DNA from: an uncultured Actinomycetota bacterium | Lineage (GTDB): Bacteria > Actinomycetota > Actinomycetes > Actinomycetales > CAWJMD01 | Length of the DNA: 64,000 nucleotides | Assembly: GCA_963835085.1 (NCBI GenBank) | Contig: CAWIED010000004.1 | Location: 72,508 to 136,507, forward strand | Direction of reading: 5' to 3' | Part shown: in pieces, positions 1-9,037 of the stretch | Layout: each line of letters opens with the position of its first letter | Position numbering within the stretch: position 1 is the first letter of the stretch | Made by a program: the position numbers and the translations under genes | Notes under the pieces: model-generated | The model's database searches: none | What the model was told of the DNA's origin: nothing | What the model saw: only the letters and a program-made list of their open reading frames with translations

Positions 1-1731
1 TTGGCGACAACTACTGATGACCTCTCCACGATCGCCCTGTGGCAGACAGCTATCGGCCTGCCCGGCAATTCGCTGTTCCAAGGTGATCTGCCAGTCGGAA
101 CGCCGGGCGATGTTCTCAAGGCGCGGCAGCGGCTCGAAGAACTGACCGCCGCCGACGTCCTCAACGACAGAGAACGGTCGATGGATGCCGCCGGACTCCT
201 TGACGATGCGCTCGCCTCGCTGGACCAGCGAGCGGTCCGGATCTTGGAGCTTCGGCTGTTTGCAGATAGGCGGCTCAGTCTTGATGAAGTCGGACGGGAG
301 TTTGGCGTGACCCGTGAACGCGTCCGGCAGGTTGAGGGCAGAGCCCGGACCGCGATGCTTGATGCCATCTCAGCGGGGCAGCTCGACCTGGTTGCCTCTG
401 CTGCCCGATCTTTGATCGGCACGGTTCGTCCCTTGTCGGACCTCCTGCAACTGATGCCTGCGCTCGGACGCGAGGTCGCGCTCGTTGCCCAACCGGTCTG
501 GCGTGTCCTCGATCGCCTCGATGACGCTTATGAAATCGAAGATGGGTGGTGCGTCGTTCCGACCCTCAGCGCTGCCCAGGATTGGACGTCGACCCAGCTT
601 CGGGAGCGTGCTAATCAGTATGGAGTCGTCTTGCTGGACGAGCTGGACCTCATCGAGACGAGCGCTCCAGATGATCTGGGTGCCCTGACGACGCAGTGGC
701 TGGAACGTTGTGGCTATGTCATCCACGGTGGCCACGTTCTGACGCGTACCCAGTCGGTCGGAGACTACGCGGCAGCCATCTTGTCGATCTGCGGTGAACC
801 AGTGGGCGTTCAGGAGATAATCAACCGATTCCGCTTCGAACGGACGACTGGCTCCCTCAGGAACGCCATGAGCGTTGACGACCGCTTCGAGCGTGTGGAC
901 CGTGATCGCTGGGCGCTGCGTGAATGGGGCATGGATGCATACGCCAGCATCAGGTCGGTTATCCGTATGGAGCTTGCCAAAGCTGGCGGCACGATCCCGA
1001 TCGACACACTCGTGGAGCGGATCGCCGGCACCTACTCCGTCACCAGCAGTAGTGTCATCGCGTATGCCAGTACCCCGCCGTTCGAGCTGCGCGGCGGGGT
1101 CGTCCGTCCCGCAGGTACGTCTCGGGCGGCGCGCAAGCCACCCGAGCGCACCGCCCGCCTCTACCGGCGGGGTCAGTCGTGGATCTACCGGGTGTGCGTC
1201 AGTCACGATCACCTGCGGGGCAGCGGCTTCGTCGCACCGGTAGCGGTCACCACAATCTTAGGAATGGAGTTCGGCGACAAGATTCAGCTGAGTTCAGAAC
1301 TCGGTGATCAGTTGATCCGCTGGAACGGAACGCAGCCAGCCTTCGGCACAATTCGCCGTTACCTGCTGGAGTACGACGTGGCAGCGGAGACCGAGGTCTT
1401 CTTGGTGATGAGTGACGACCGCCGTTTTGACGTCGACGTTGTCGAAGATTTGACCGGCGATCCCCTGTCCGACGCATTGGCGCTCGTCGGCGCCCGGCGA
1501 GACCTGTCCTGCGAGGCGGCTAGACAAGCTCTGGAGGCGGCCGTTGGGCTTCCCGAGGACTCTCCCGTCGTGAGCATGATCGGTACCTATCGTGACCGGG
1601 GTGATGGCGATGTTGCGGACCTGCTTACGGCGGTTCGGTATCACCTCGAAACGGGGGAGCCGCCCGGGGAGCCGCCGAAGCGAACGATCCGGTCTACCGA
1701 CGTCGACGACATAATGGACCTGCTGTCATGA
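1..1731 (+). CDS. Sigma-70 region-4-like HTH domain protein (576 aa); first gene of the PT-associated operon; may be 5'-truncated by the window edge (TTG at position 1)
   Basis: Long ORF with high GC3. The segment RAVRILELRLFADRRLSLDEVGREFGVTRERVRQVEGRA resembles the sigma70 region 4 HTH. Its stop overlaps the next start (ATGA at 1728-1731). Confidence 0.65.
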   Translation: MATTTDDLSTIALWQTAIGLPGNSLFQGDLPVGTPGDVLKARQRLEELTAADVLNDRERSMDAAGLLDDALASLDQRAVRILELRLFADRRLSLDEVGREFGVTRERVRQVEGRARTAMLDAISAGQLDLVASAARSLIGTVRPLSDLLQLMPALGREVALVAQPVWRVLDRLDDAYEIEDGWCVVPTLSAAQDWTSTQLRERANQYGVVLLDELDLIETSAPDDLGALTTQWLERCGYVIHGGHVLTRTQSVGDYAAAILSICGEPVGVQEIINRFRFERTTGSLRNAMSVDDRFERVDRDRWALREWGMDAYASIRSVIRMELAKAGGTIPIDTLVERIAGTYSVTSSSVIAYASTPPFELRGGVVRPAGTSRAARKPPERTARLYRRGQSWIYRVCVSHDHLRGSGFVAPVAVTTILGMEFGDKIQLSSELGDQLIRWNGTQPAFGTIRRYLLEYDVAAETEVFLVMSDDRRFDVDVVEDLTGDPLSDALALVGARRDLSCEAARQALEAAVGLPEDSPVVSMIGTYRDRGDGDVADLLTAVRYHLETGEPPGEPPKRTIRSTDVDDIMDLLS

Positions 1732-3865
1732 CTGAACCAGCACCATCGGGTCTCCGCGGTCTGACGCTCGCTAGTCGCTATCGCAGCAACCGTGGAGACG
1801 TGGTTCAAGGCTTCTACTTGCCTGCGTTCGGAGTGGCCACAAGTTACAGCCGCGCCGTCGGCTACTTCACATCGACCAGTCTGGCGCTGTACTCGCGTGG
1901 AATCGAAACCTTCGCGGCGCGCGGAGGCAGGATGCGACTCATTGCATCGCCCCACTTCAGCGACGACGATGCACTGGACATCGAGCGGGGCTACGACATT
2001 CGGACGGTGATCGCCCGCGCGGCGGCGCGGGAGTTGGAGGCGGAGGAGCGTGACACCGTCCTCGATGGACTCGGGCTGCTGGGCCGGCTCATCGCTGACG
2101 AACGACTGGACATCAAGCTGGCGTTCGTCGAGCGGGGCGGTCGGGTCGGCATCTATCACGAGAAGCTCGGGATATTCCGCGACGCGGTCGGCGACCTCGT
2201 GGCGTTCACAGGTAGTAGCAATGAGACCCATGGTGGCCTTGCTGCAAACTTCGAATCGATCGAGGTCTACCGGGGTTGGGTCGATGGAGATGGCGTCAGG
2301 GCACTCAACCTGGAGCAAGACTTCGAAGAGCTATGGGCTAACCAAACCCCGTTCCTGAGCGTGGAGGACTTCCCTCACGTGGCTCGCGACCGTCTCCTTC
2401 AGCTCGGGCATGAACGCAGCCTTCCGCTGCCACCCAGGGACGACGCTCTGATCCCGTCAGAGGTGAGAGTCGATGAACCGTCGCGGCTGGCCATCCCAGG
2501 CCGACTGACAGTCCGGGAGTACCAGCGGACGGCCGTGGAATCGTGGCTGCGTAATCGTGCTCAAGGCATCCTCAAGATGGCTACAGGCACCGGTAAGACC
2601 AAGACATCAATGATCGCTGCAACAAAGTTGGCCGGCGTGCTGCAGCAGCGTGAGGAGCCACTCATCCTTCTCATACTTGCGCCGCTCCAGCACCTGGTCG
2701 ACCAGTGGATATCGGAGGTGGAGGACTTCGGTGTCCGTCCGATTCCGGTCTACGAGTCGAGTCACAAGTGGCTGCGCCTGGTCGAAGAGCAACTCACGCA
2801 AGTGCGATTGGGGCGGCGGCCTTTGTTATGGCGATGGTCGCAACCAACGCATCGTTCTCAGGTGCCAAGTTCCAGTCGATTCTCTCTCGGATCTCGCTCC
2901 CGATGCTGGTTATCGCCGACGAAGCTCACAACCTTGGATCCCCGACGTACCGGGCGTCACTGCCGTCAAATGCCACCTATCGGCTTGCTCTATCGGCGAC
3001 GCCCGAACGATGGTTCGACGACGAGGGGACCGATGCACTAGTCGACTACTTCGGTCCGATCGTCTACGAGCTTGGGCTCGGTGAAGCCATCGAGATGGGC
3101 GCTCTCTGTCGGTACAATTACCTGCCCCGACTTGTGGAGCTCAACCACGCAGAGACACAGCTTTATGTCGACCTCTCTGCGCAGATAGCTGCCTGCATCG
3201 CAGCCGGTGAAGAACCCGAGGACACTGATTCTGACTCGCCGCTTGGCCAGCTGCTTCGCAAGCGTTCCGGGGTGCTTGGACACGCGGCTGGCAAGCTCGC
3301 CACGTTGCGCCGGGACATCGGCGATCGCGCGGATGGCTGGTTCCAGCTCGTGTATTGCGCCGAGGGGAGCCGTCCGTCACCCGTAGGCGAGCCCTCGGGA
3401 CCAAACCAGCTCCGCGACGTGATGAGGGTTGTCGGCAACGAACTGCGCCTCGCTGCGCACTCCTACATCTCCGAAACACCAAGGGCGGAGCGCAAGGCGC
3501 TCCTGCGCCGTTTTGCGACCGGCGACGACCTGCGCGTCCTGGTCGCCATGCGCTGCCTGGATGAGGGCGTGGATATCCCCGACGCACGGGCGGGCTACCT
3601 GCTGGCCAGCAGCAGCAATCCTCGCCAGTTCATCCAACGGCGGGGTCGACTGCTGCGCCGCGCCGATGGCAAGGAGCATGCCGAAATCCTCGACTATCTC
3701 GCTGTGCCGCCCGCCGGGACTCCGTTCAACTTCGAAATCGAGCGGCGCCTGCTGACGCGAGAACTTGAAAGAGCGAACGAGTTCGGAAAACTGTCGGAGA
3801 ATTACGAAGCCACCCTAGAAATTCTGCGTCCGCTGAAGGACCGCTATCAGCTGATGCACCTCTGA
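1728..3865 (+). pseudogene. PLD(HKD)-nuclease / SF2 DEAH-helicase fusion (type III Res-like; resembles the family PGAP names 'DNA phosphorothioation system restriction enzyme'); reading frame broken by a 1-nt deficit at the G-run 2810-2813
   Basis: Two ORFs (1728..3041 and 2705..3865) join into one protein. HKD motif GIYHEKLGIFRD...GSSNET. Helicase motif I MATGTGKTKT, motif II IADEAHNLG, motif III LSATPER, motif VI QFIQRRGRLLRR. Total length 2138 nt equals 3n+2, consistent with one missing base. Confidence 0.8.
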
Positions 3866-3888
3866 GAGCAATGTGATGAGACGGAAGG

Positions 3889-4059
3889 ATGCAGCAAGTG
3901 ATTATTGATCGCACGGAAGAACAGGTGGTACAGGAGCTAACCGACGATGAGCGCGCTCTACTCAAGAGGGTCCTGCAGATCGAGCGCGCCAAGCTCCATG
4001 TCAGCGCCTACGAGCCGACCGACGACCTGCTGGCCGTCGTGAAGGAGATCTTGCCGTGA
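3889..4059 (+). CDS. Small hypothetical protein (56 aa), below the ORF-track cutoff
   Basis: ATG at 3889 preceded by GGAAGGA. High-GC3 codons. Its stop overlaps the GTG start of the next gene (GTGA at 4056-4059). Fills the otherwise empty gap between the helicase and ATPase genes. Confidence 0.4.
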   Translation: MQQVIIDRTEEQVVQELTDDERALLKRVLQIERAKLHVSAYEPTDDLLAVVKEILP

Positions 4060-6110
4060 AGCTGCACCGGATCACGCTGACGAACTTTCGCCAGTTCAAG
4101 GGCGAGCAGCCTTTCGACCTGCGGTCGGACACGCTAATGCCAGTTACGCTGCTCTTCGGTGCCAACGGTGCGGGAAAGACGACACTCCTCAACGCTTTTA
4201 CCTGGGCGCTCTACGGCTCGCTGTCTGATGATCTCGAGCAGCAGGAGCGCCTCGTCACCGACAGTGTCTGGCGAGCAACTGCCGCGGGTGGCTCGGCAAG
4301 TGCCAGCGTGGAGCTGGTCTTCGATCACGAGGGTCAGGGCTACCGTCTACGCCGGCGGATTACGCTCCGCAAGGAGGGTGACCACCAGGCGAAGGCAGCA
4401 CCCGAAGTGCAGTTGTGGATGACCTCGTCGGACGGCTCTTCCGAGATTGTGGGAGCGCCTCAGGAGAAGATCCAGTCGATCCTGCCTCGCAGTATCAGCC
4501 GCTTCTTCTTCTTCAACGGGGAGCGTATTGAGAAGCTCGTTGAGAAGAGCGCGTATAGCGAGGTTCAACAGGACATCAAAGTGCTACTGGATCTGGAACA
4601 GGTCGAGCGAGCGCTTGCCCACCTTCCAAAGGTGGATCGGAAACTAACGGCGGATATCCGTAAGCATGGCGGGGACAAAGCCAGCGATATCCAGAACGCG
4701 ATCGACCAACTTGGCGAACGTGAGTCAAGCTTCCGCGATGAGCAGAAGATCCTTGAGGGTGACCTTGCGACCCTGAACAAGGAGCGCGAGGAGGTCACCG
4801 AGTTGCTGCGGCAACATGACGCTGCAGCTCCCATACAGGCGCAGAGGGATTCCGTCACCCGGCAACTCGAGGAGACGCGGATTGGACTCGACACTGCGGT
4901 GAAGGAGCGTGCGAACCTCATCGCAACACGGGGATTTCTGGCATTCACCGAGGAGCTCGGCGACGCAACCGGTTCGATGGCCGAGCAGCTGTACGAACGG
5001 GGTGCCCTGCCGGCTCCTCTCAAGCGTGAGTTCGTCGACCAGTTACTCGATGAGGGCATCTGCATTTGCGGTACGGGTTTGGCGGAGCACAGCGAGCCAT
5101 GGAAGCACGTAACGGAATGGCGTCAGCGAGCTGGACTGCAGGCGGTCGAGACCGCGTGGCAAAAGCTGAGCGGTCAGATCGAGCCGATGGCGGCGGCGCG
5201 GAGCGACCTGCGAGAGGCTCTCGGACGGATTGTGAAGCGGATCGGCGATCTTCGCGACAGCATCGCCGAACTGGAGGAGACGAAGTCCGAGCTCGATGGC
5301 AAGCTGCGCGACAGCCGGCTGGAGGATGTTCAGGCGCTGGAGTCGAAGCGGATCGACCTCGACAACCGACACGGCGAGAAGCAGCGCCGGATCGGTGCGG
5401 TAGCAAGTGATCTCCAGCGGATTGCAAAGGACATCCAGCACAAGGTCCAGGAACTCAAGAACGCAGAGGTGACTGACGAACTGGCCGCCAAGGCGCGAGC
5501 GCGCTCGGACATGGTCAGGAACGTCAAGCGTGCGCTCGAAGAAATCTTGGAGATCCGTTCAGAGCGGATGCGTCAGCGCCTCGACGCCGAACTCAAGTCG
5601 ATCTACAGGAGTATCACGTACAAGAACTACGTCCCGGCGCTCAGCGAGTCGTTTGAGCTGACCCTGCATACCAATGTGGACGGCGTGCTACTGCCCGTCG
5701 GCAAGTCCACCGGCGAGAACCAAATCCTCAGTCTGAGCTTCGTCGCCGCAGTCTCCAAGCTTGCTCGTGAGATCCGCAAGGAGCGCCGGGCGGAGGGCGA
5801 GTCCGCCGAGGACGCAGGCACCTACCCCATCGTGATGGATGCCGCGTTCGGGTCGCTCGACGAGAACTACCAGGAGTCCGTAGCGCGCGTGCTCGCTCGG
5901 ATGGCTCCCCAGTTGGTAGTGCTGGTGAGCAAGAGCCAGGGACTCGGAAAGGTGGTCGCCGAACTGGGCCCGTACGTCAGCCACCTTGGGGTCATTGAGG
6001 TCCACAGCAGCCTGACAGGTGCCGATGAAGACATTGAGTTGCGCGGACATGGCTATCCATACATCCGCCACGCCGAGACCGACTACGCCCTGCTTAAGGA
6101 GATTCAGTGA
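4056..6110 (+). CDS. SMC/ABC-type ATPase, DndD-like paralogue (684 aa)
   Basis: N-terminus MKLHRITLTNFRQFKG...LLFGANGAGKTTLLNAFTWALYG (Walker A). Long coiled-coil-like E/L/R-rich middle region. C-terminal signature-like STGENQILSL and Walker B/D-loop YPIVMDAAFGSLD. Same layout as DndD at 10569. Confidence 0.85.
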   Translation: MKLHRITLTNFRQFKGEQPFDLRSDTLMPVTLLFGANGAGKTTLLNAFTWALYGSLSDDLEQQERLVTDSVWRATAAGGSASASVELVFDHEGQGYRLRRRITLRKEGDHQAKAAPEVQLWMTSSDGSSEIVGAPQEKIQSILPRSISRFFFFNGERIEKLVEKSAYSEVQQDIKVLLDLEQVERALAHLPKVDRKLTADIRKHGGDKASDIQNAIDQLGERESSFRDEQKILEGDLATLNKEREEVTELLRQHDAAAPIQAQRDSVTRQLEETRIGLDTAVKERANLIATRGFLAFTEELGDATGSMAEQLYERGALPAPLKREFVDQLLDEGICICGTGLAEHSEPWKHVTEWRQRAGLQAVETAWQKLSGQIEPMAAARSDLREALGRIVKRIGDLRDSIAELEETKSELDGKLRDSRLEDVQALESKRIDLDNRHGEKQRRIGAVASDLQRIAKDIQHKVQELKNAEVTDELAAKARARSDMVRNVKRALEEILEIRSERMRQRLDAELKSIYRSITYKNYVPALSESFELTLHTNVDGVLLPVGKSTGENQILSLSFVAAVSKLAREIRKERRAEGESAEDAGTYPIVMDAAFGSLDENYQESVARVLARMAPQLVVLVSKSQGLGKVVAELGPYVSHLGVIEVHSSLTGADEDIELRGHGYPYIRHAETDYALLKEIQ

Positions 6111-6580
6111 CGATCCCGCCCGCCGATGTCCGCATCCGGCGCCCCCAAGAGCATGAACGGCTCATGAAGGAACTTCAGGACGCGGAAGGTGGCTTTGGTA
6201 CCTTCCGCGACATTCTGTTGCTGTCTGCCGCCGTCGGGTACCGGTTCGAGCGCAGGGTGGCCTTCACCAAGACGGCCGGGGATCCGATCCGCTACGAGAC
6301 CTTAACAGGGCCGGCTTTCGGAGAAACGCTGGTCAACATGATGGCTGCGAACGTCGCAGAGGATGATCCGGAGATCATGGATGCGAATCGGATCGAGGAG
6401 CGGATCACGATCTTCGAGGAGTACGCCAATGGAGGGCTGGAGTACATCCAGGAGCAAGTCAACGTGCGCCATCAACCTCCGGCGCTCGTAGTCGGTGACC
6501 TAGTCTCTGAGGCGCTCGGCGATAGCAGAGGCGCCACTCGCGCCTCAGTCGACGAACTGCTTGGCGGTGTGAGTTGGTAA
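6107..6580 (+). CDS. 157-aa protein, probably the 'DNA phosphorothioation-associated protein 4' type family (assignment from memory, not verified)
   Basis: ORF translationally coupled to the ATPase gene (GTGA overlap at 6107). Last gene of the operon; ends 16 bp from the convergent dndA stop. Confidence 0.55.
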   Translation: MTIPPADVRIRRPQEHERLMKELQDAEGGFGTFRDILLLSAAVGYRFERRVAFTKTAGDPIRYETLTGPAFGETLVNMMAANVAEDDPEIMDANRIEERITIFEEYANGGLEYIQEQVNVRHQPPALVVGDLVSEALGDSRGATRASVDELLGGVSW

Positions 6581-6596
6581 CCGGAAGTGGCTGATG

Positions 6597-7790
6597 CTAG
6601 ACGCTGATGAGTGCTGCGAGCCGGTCGACGAGATCGCGGAGCGGGATATCAACGGTCTGCGGGCCCCACGACAGTCGGAGCGCTCCTGCCACGCGTTCTG
6701 GTTCGTATCCAGCCGCGACCAGAACATGGCTTGGCTCGTAGCTCTGGCTAGTGCAGGCTGACCCGTTTGACAACGCAACGATATCTTTCAGTGCTACGAG
6801 CGCTGCTTCGGAGTCGATGCCGGGGATGGAGAAATTCAAGGTGCTGGCCATTGTCCGAAGCGGGTCACCGTTGAGCTGAGCACCTAGTGGAGTCAACGCC
6901 GCGAGGAGCTGTTGCTTTATTGCCGCGGCCTCCTCTGTGTAGGCGCGGACTTCTTTTTGTGCGATCGCAGCGGCGGTGCCAAGACCTGCTATTAGGGCGA
7001 CTGGGAGAGTTCCGGGTCGGAGTCCGCGCTCTTGGCCGCCCCCATACATCAGTGGGGTGAGTGGGGGGCGTTGGTAGCCGCGGCGGCGGGTGATGAGACC
7101 GCCGATGCCCTTGGGCGCGCCGATCTTGTGACCCGAAAATGCGAGTAGGTCGATACGTGGGTTCTGCAGCAGGGTAATCAGCTTGCCGTATGCCTGGGCG
7201 GCGTCGACGTGGAAGTACGCGTCGTGTCCGTCAAGTACTTGGGCGATGCCTTCGATCGGCTGGATGACGCCAGTCTCGTTGTTGACAGCCATCACCGAGA
7301 CCAGCAACGTGTCGGGCCGGAGGGCCTCGGCGACGGCCTCCGCTGAGACCCAGCCTCCATGGTTGGGTGGCAGTAGCGTGATCTCGAAGCCTTGCTTGTC
7401 GAGGGCTTCGAGTGGCTCTAGAACGGCCTTGTGTTCGATTTGGGTAGAGATGATGTGCTTCTTGCCGTGGGCTTCACCGTGGGGAGCGAGTCCGAGGATG
7501 GCGAGGTTGTCGCTCTCTGTAGCGCCACTGGTAAAGACGACTTCGTCGGGCTTGGCGGCGACCACGGCTGCCACCTGGTCGCGTGCCTGGTTGACCCTGG
7601 CTTTGGCGATCTGGCCGTAGCTGTGTGTTCGGCTGCCCGCGTTGCCGAACTCCAGTGTCATGAAGCGCATGACCTCCTCGGCCACGCGCGGGTCGACCGG
7701 CGCCGTGGCGTTGACGTCCAGGTAGGTCGGTCGTCGCGGGCCTCCGGCGGCTCGCTGATCGGCCTTGTCGGAGGTGCTCGCTACTGTCAT
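6597..7790 (-). CDS. dndA: Cysteine desulfurase DndA (IscS/NifS class V aminotransferase)
   Basis: PLP-lysine motif FSGHKIGAPKGIGGL and active-site Cys loop LSNGSACTSQS. Start chosen at the ATG at 7790 (MTVASTSDK...) because the longer ORF extension is not protein-like. Divergent from dndB. Confidence 0.88.
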   Translation of the reverse strand: MTVASTSDKADQRAAGGPRRPTYLDVNATAPVDPRVAEEVMRFMTLEFGNAGSRTHSYGQIAKARVNQARDQVAAVVAAKPDEVVFTSGATESDNLAILGLAPHGEAHGKKHIISTQIEHKAVLEPLEALDKQGFEITLLPPNHGGWVSAEAVAEALRPDTLLVSVMAVNNETGVIQPIEGIAQVLDGHDAYFHVDAAQAYGKLITLLQNPRIDLLAFSGHKIGAPKGIGGLITRRRGYQRPPLTPLMYGGGQERGLRPGTLPVALIAGLGTAAAIAQKEVRAYTEEAAAIKQQLLAALTPLGAQLNGDPLRTMASTLNFSIPGIDSEAALVALKDIVALSNGSACTSQSYEPSHVLVAAGYEPERVAGALRLSWGPQTVDIPLRDLVDRLAALISV

Positions 7791-7879
7791 GTTTGGAAGC
7801 CTAGCCGCTGTACGGATCGTTGTTTGGATTGTTCGCATGGAGTGTTTGGAAGTGGATCCAAACATGGTAGGACTGGAGT
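7791..7879. promoter_or_regulatory. Divergent dndA/dndB intergenic region with repeated GTTTGGA boxes (candidate operator/promoter)
   Basis: GTTTGGA at 7791, 7822 and 7844, plus the inverted copy TCCAAAC at 7857. Together 7844-7863 forms the palindrome GTTTGGAAGTGGATCCAAAC. The 89-bp region is more AT-rich than its flanks. Confidence 0.35.
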
Positions 7880-9037
7880 ATGGCAGGGACGGGATCGATC
7901 GACCGGGCGCTGGTGACCGTGCCGCCAAGCGCGCGGGCGGGGGAGTTTGAGTACGTCTTTCCGGCGATCCGTGGTGTCCAGGCTGGCCACGTGTACTACG
8001 TGACGATGTGTCCGCTCCGTATCATTCCACGCCTCTTCCTGTTCAACGAGGAGGAGTTGCCGCCTGAGATGCGCGCCCAGCGATCGCTGAACAAGAACCG
8101 CGTGCCGGAGATGGCCCGTTACATCGTGGAGAACCCGGACAGCTACATCTTCTCGGCGTTGACCGCCAGCGTGAACGCGGATGTGCGCTTCGACTCGTTG
8201 CTGGGCGGCAGCGGTGCGACGGAGCGTATCGGGACGCTCACGATCCCGATGTCGGCCACCTTCGTCATCAACGATGGTCAGCATCGGCGCGCGGCCATCC
8301 AGCAAGCACTCACGGAGAACCCATCCCTGGGTGAGGAGACGATTGCCATCGTGATGTTCATCGACGTCGGACTGCGCCGCTGCCAGCAGATGTTCGCGGA
8401 CCTCAACCGCTACGCGATCCGTCCGGCGCCTTCGATCGGTGTGCTCTACGACCATCGCGATCCCATGGCTGAGATCACCCGGCAGGTCGTGACCAGCACC
8501 CCGTTCCTGCGGGACGTCACCGACATGGAGAACAGCAGCTTGGCGCAGCGATCCCGCAAGCTCTTCACGCTCTCCTCGCTGCACACGGCCAATGCCTCGC
8601 TGCTTGAGGACATCGAGGTTGACAACTTCGACGAGCGCGTGCGGCTCGCACGCGCGTACTGGCATGCGGTGGCCGGTCAGTTTCCACATTGGCAGCAGGT
8701 CTACCGCGCGGAGATCACCGCGGGTGAGGTGCGTCGTGACTTCATTCACACTCACAGCATCGTTCTGCATGCTCTCGGCCGGATCGGCAACGCGCTACTG
8801 CGCCAGAGCGTCGATCCCACGACCTGGACTAGGACTCTCTCGGAACTGGGCAGCATTGACTGGCATCGTGCCAATGCCGCAGTGTGGGAAGGCCGCGCAA
8901 CATCGGGCGGAACCGTGAGTAAGAGCCGTCGCAACGTTGAACTGACTACCGCCCATATCCGGACTGTCCTCGGGCTCCCGCTGCCACCTGATGAGCAGCG
9001 CGCCGAGGACGCTTTCGTTGGAGGAGACACGAAGTGA
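7880..9037 (+). CDS. dndB: DndB (DGQHR-domain PT regulator)
   Basis: FVINDGQHRRAAIQ (DGQHR motif). N-terminus FPAIRGVQAGHVYYVTMCPLRIIPRLFLFNEEELPPEMRAQRSLN is typical of DndB. Stop overlaps the dndC start (GTGA). Confidence 0.9.
   Translation: MAGTGSIDRALVTVPPSARAGEFEYVFPAIRGVQAGHVYYVTMCPLRIIPRLFLFNEEELPPEMRAQRSLNKNRVPEMARYIVENPDSYIFSALTASVNADVRFDSLLGGSGATERIGTLTIPMSATFVINDGQHRRAAIQQALTENPSLGEETIAIVMFIDVGLRRCQQMFADLNRYAIRPAPSIGVLYDHRDPMAEITRQVVTSTPFLRDVTDMENSSLAQRSRKLFTLSSLHTANASLLEDIEVDNFDERVRLARAYWHAVAGQFPHWQQVYRAEITAGEVRRDFIHTHSIVLHALGRIGNALLRQSVDPTTWTRTLSELGSIDWHRANAAVWEGRATSGGTVSKSRRNVELTTAHIRTVLGLPLPPDEQRAEDAFVGGDTK

Noticed and set aside
7787-8770. 327-aa minus-strand ORF opposite dndB; similar antisense ORFs lie opposite dndC and dndD (8752..9516, 9742..10320)
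   Set aside because: They are antisense to genes with clear Dnd signatures and have a composition typical of GC-bias shadow ORFs.
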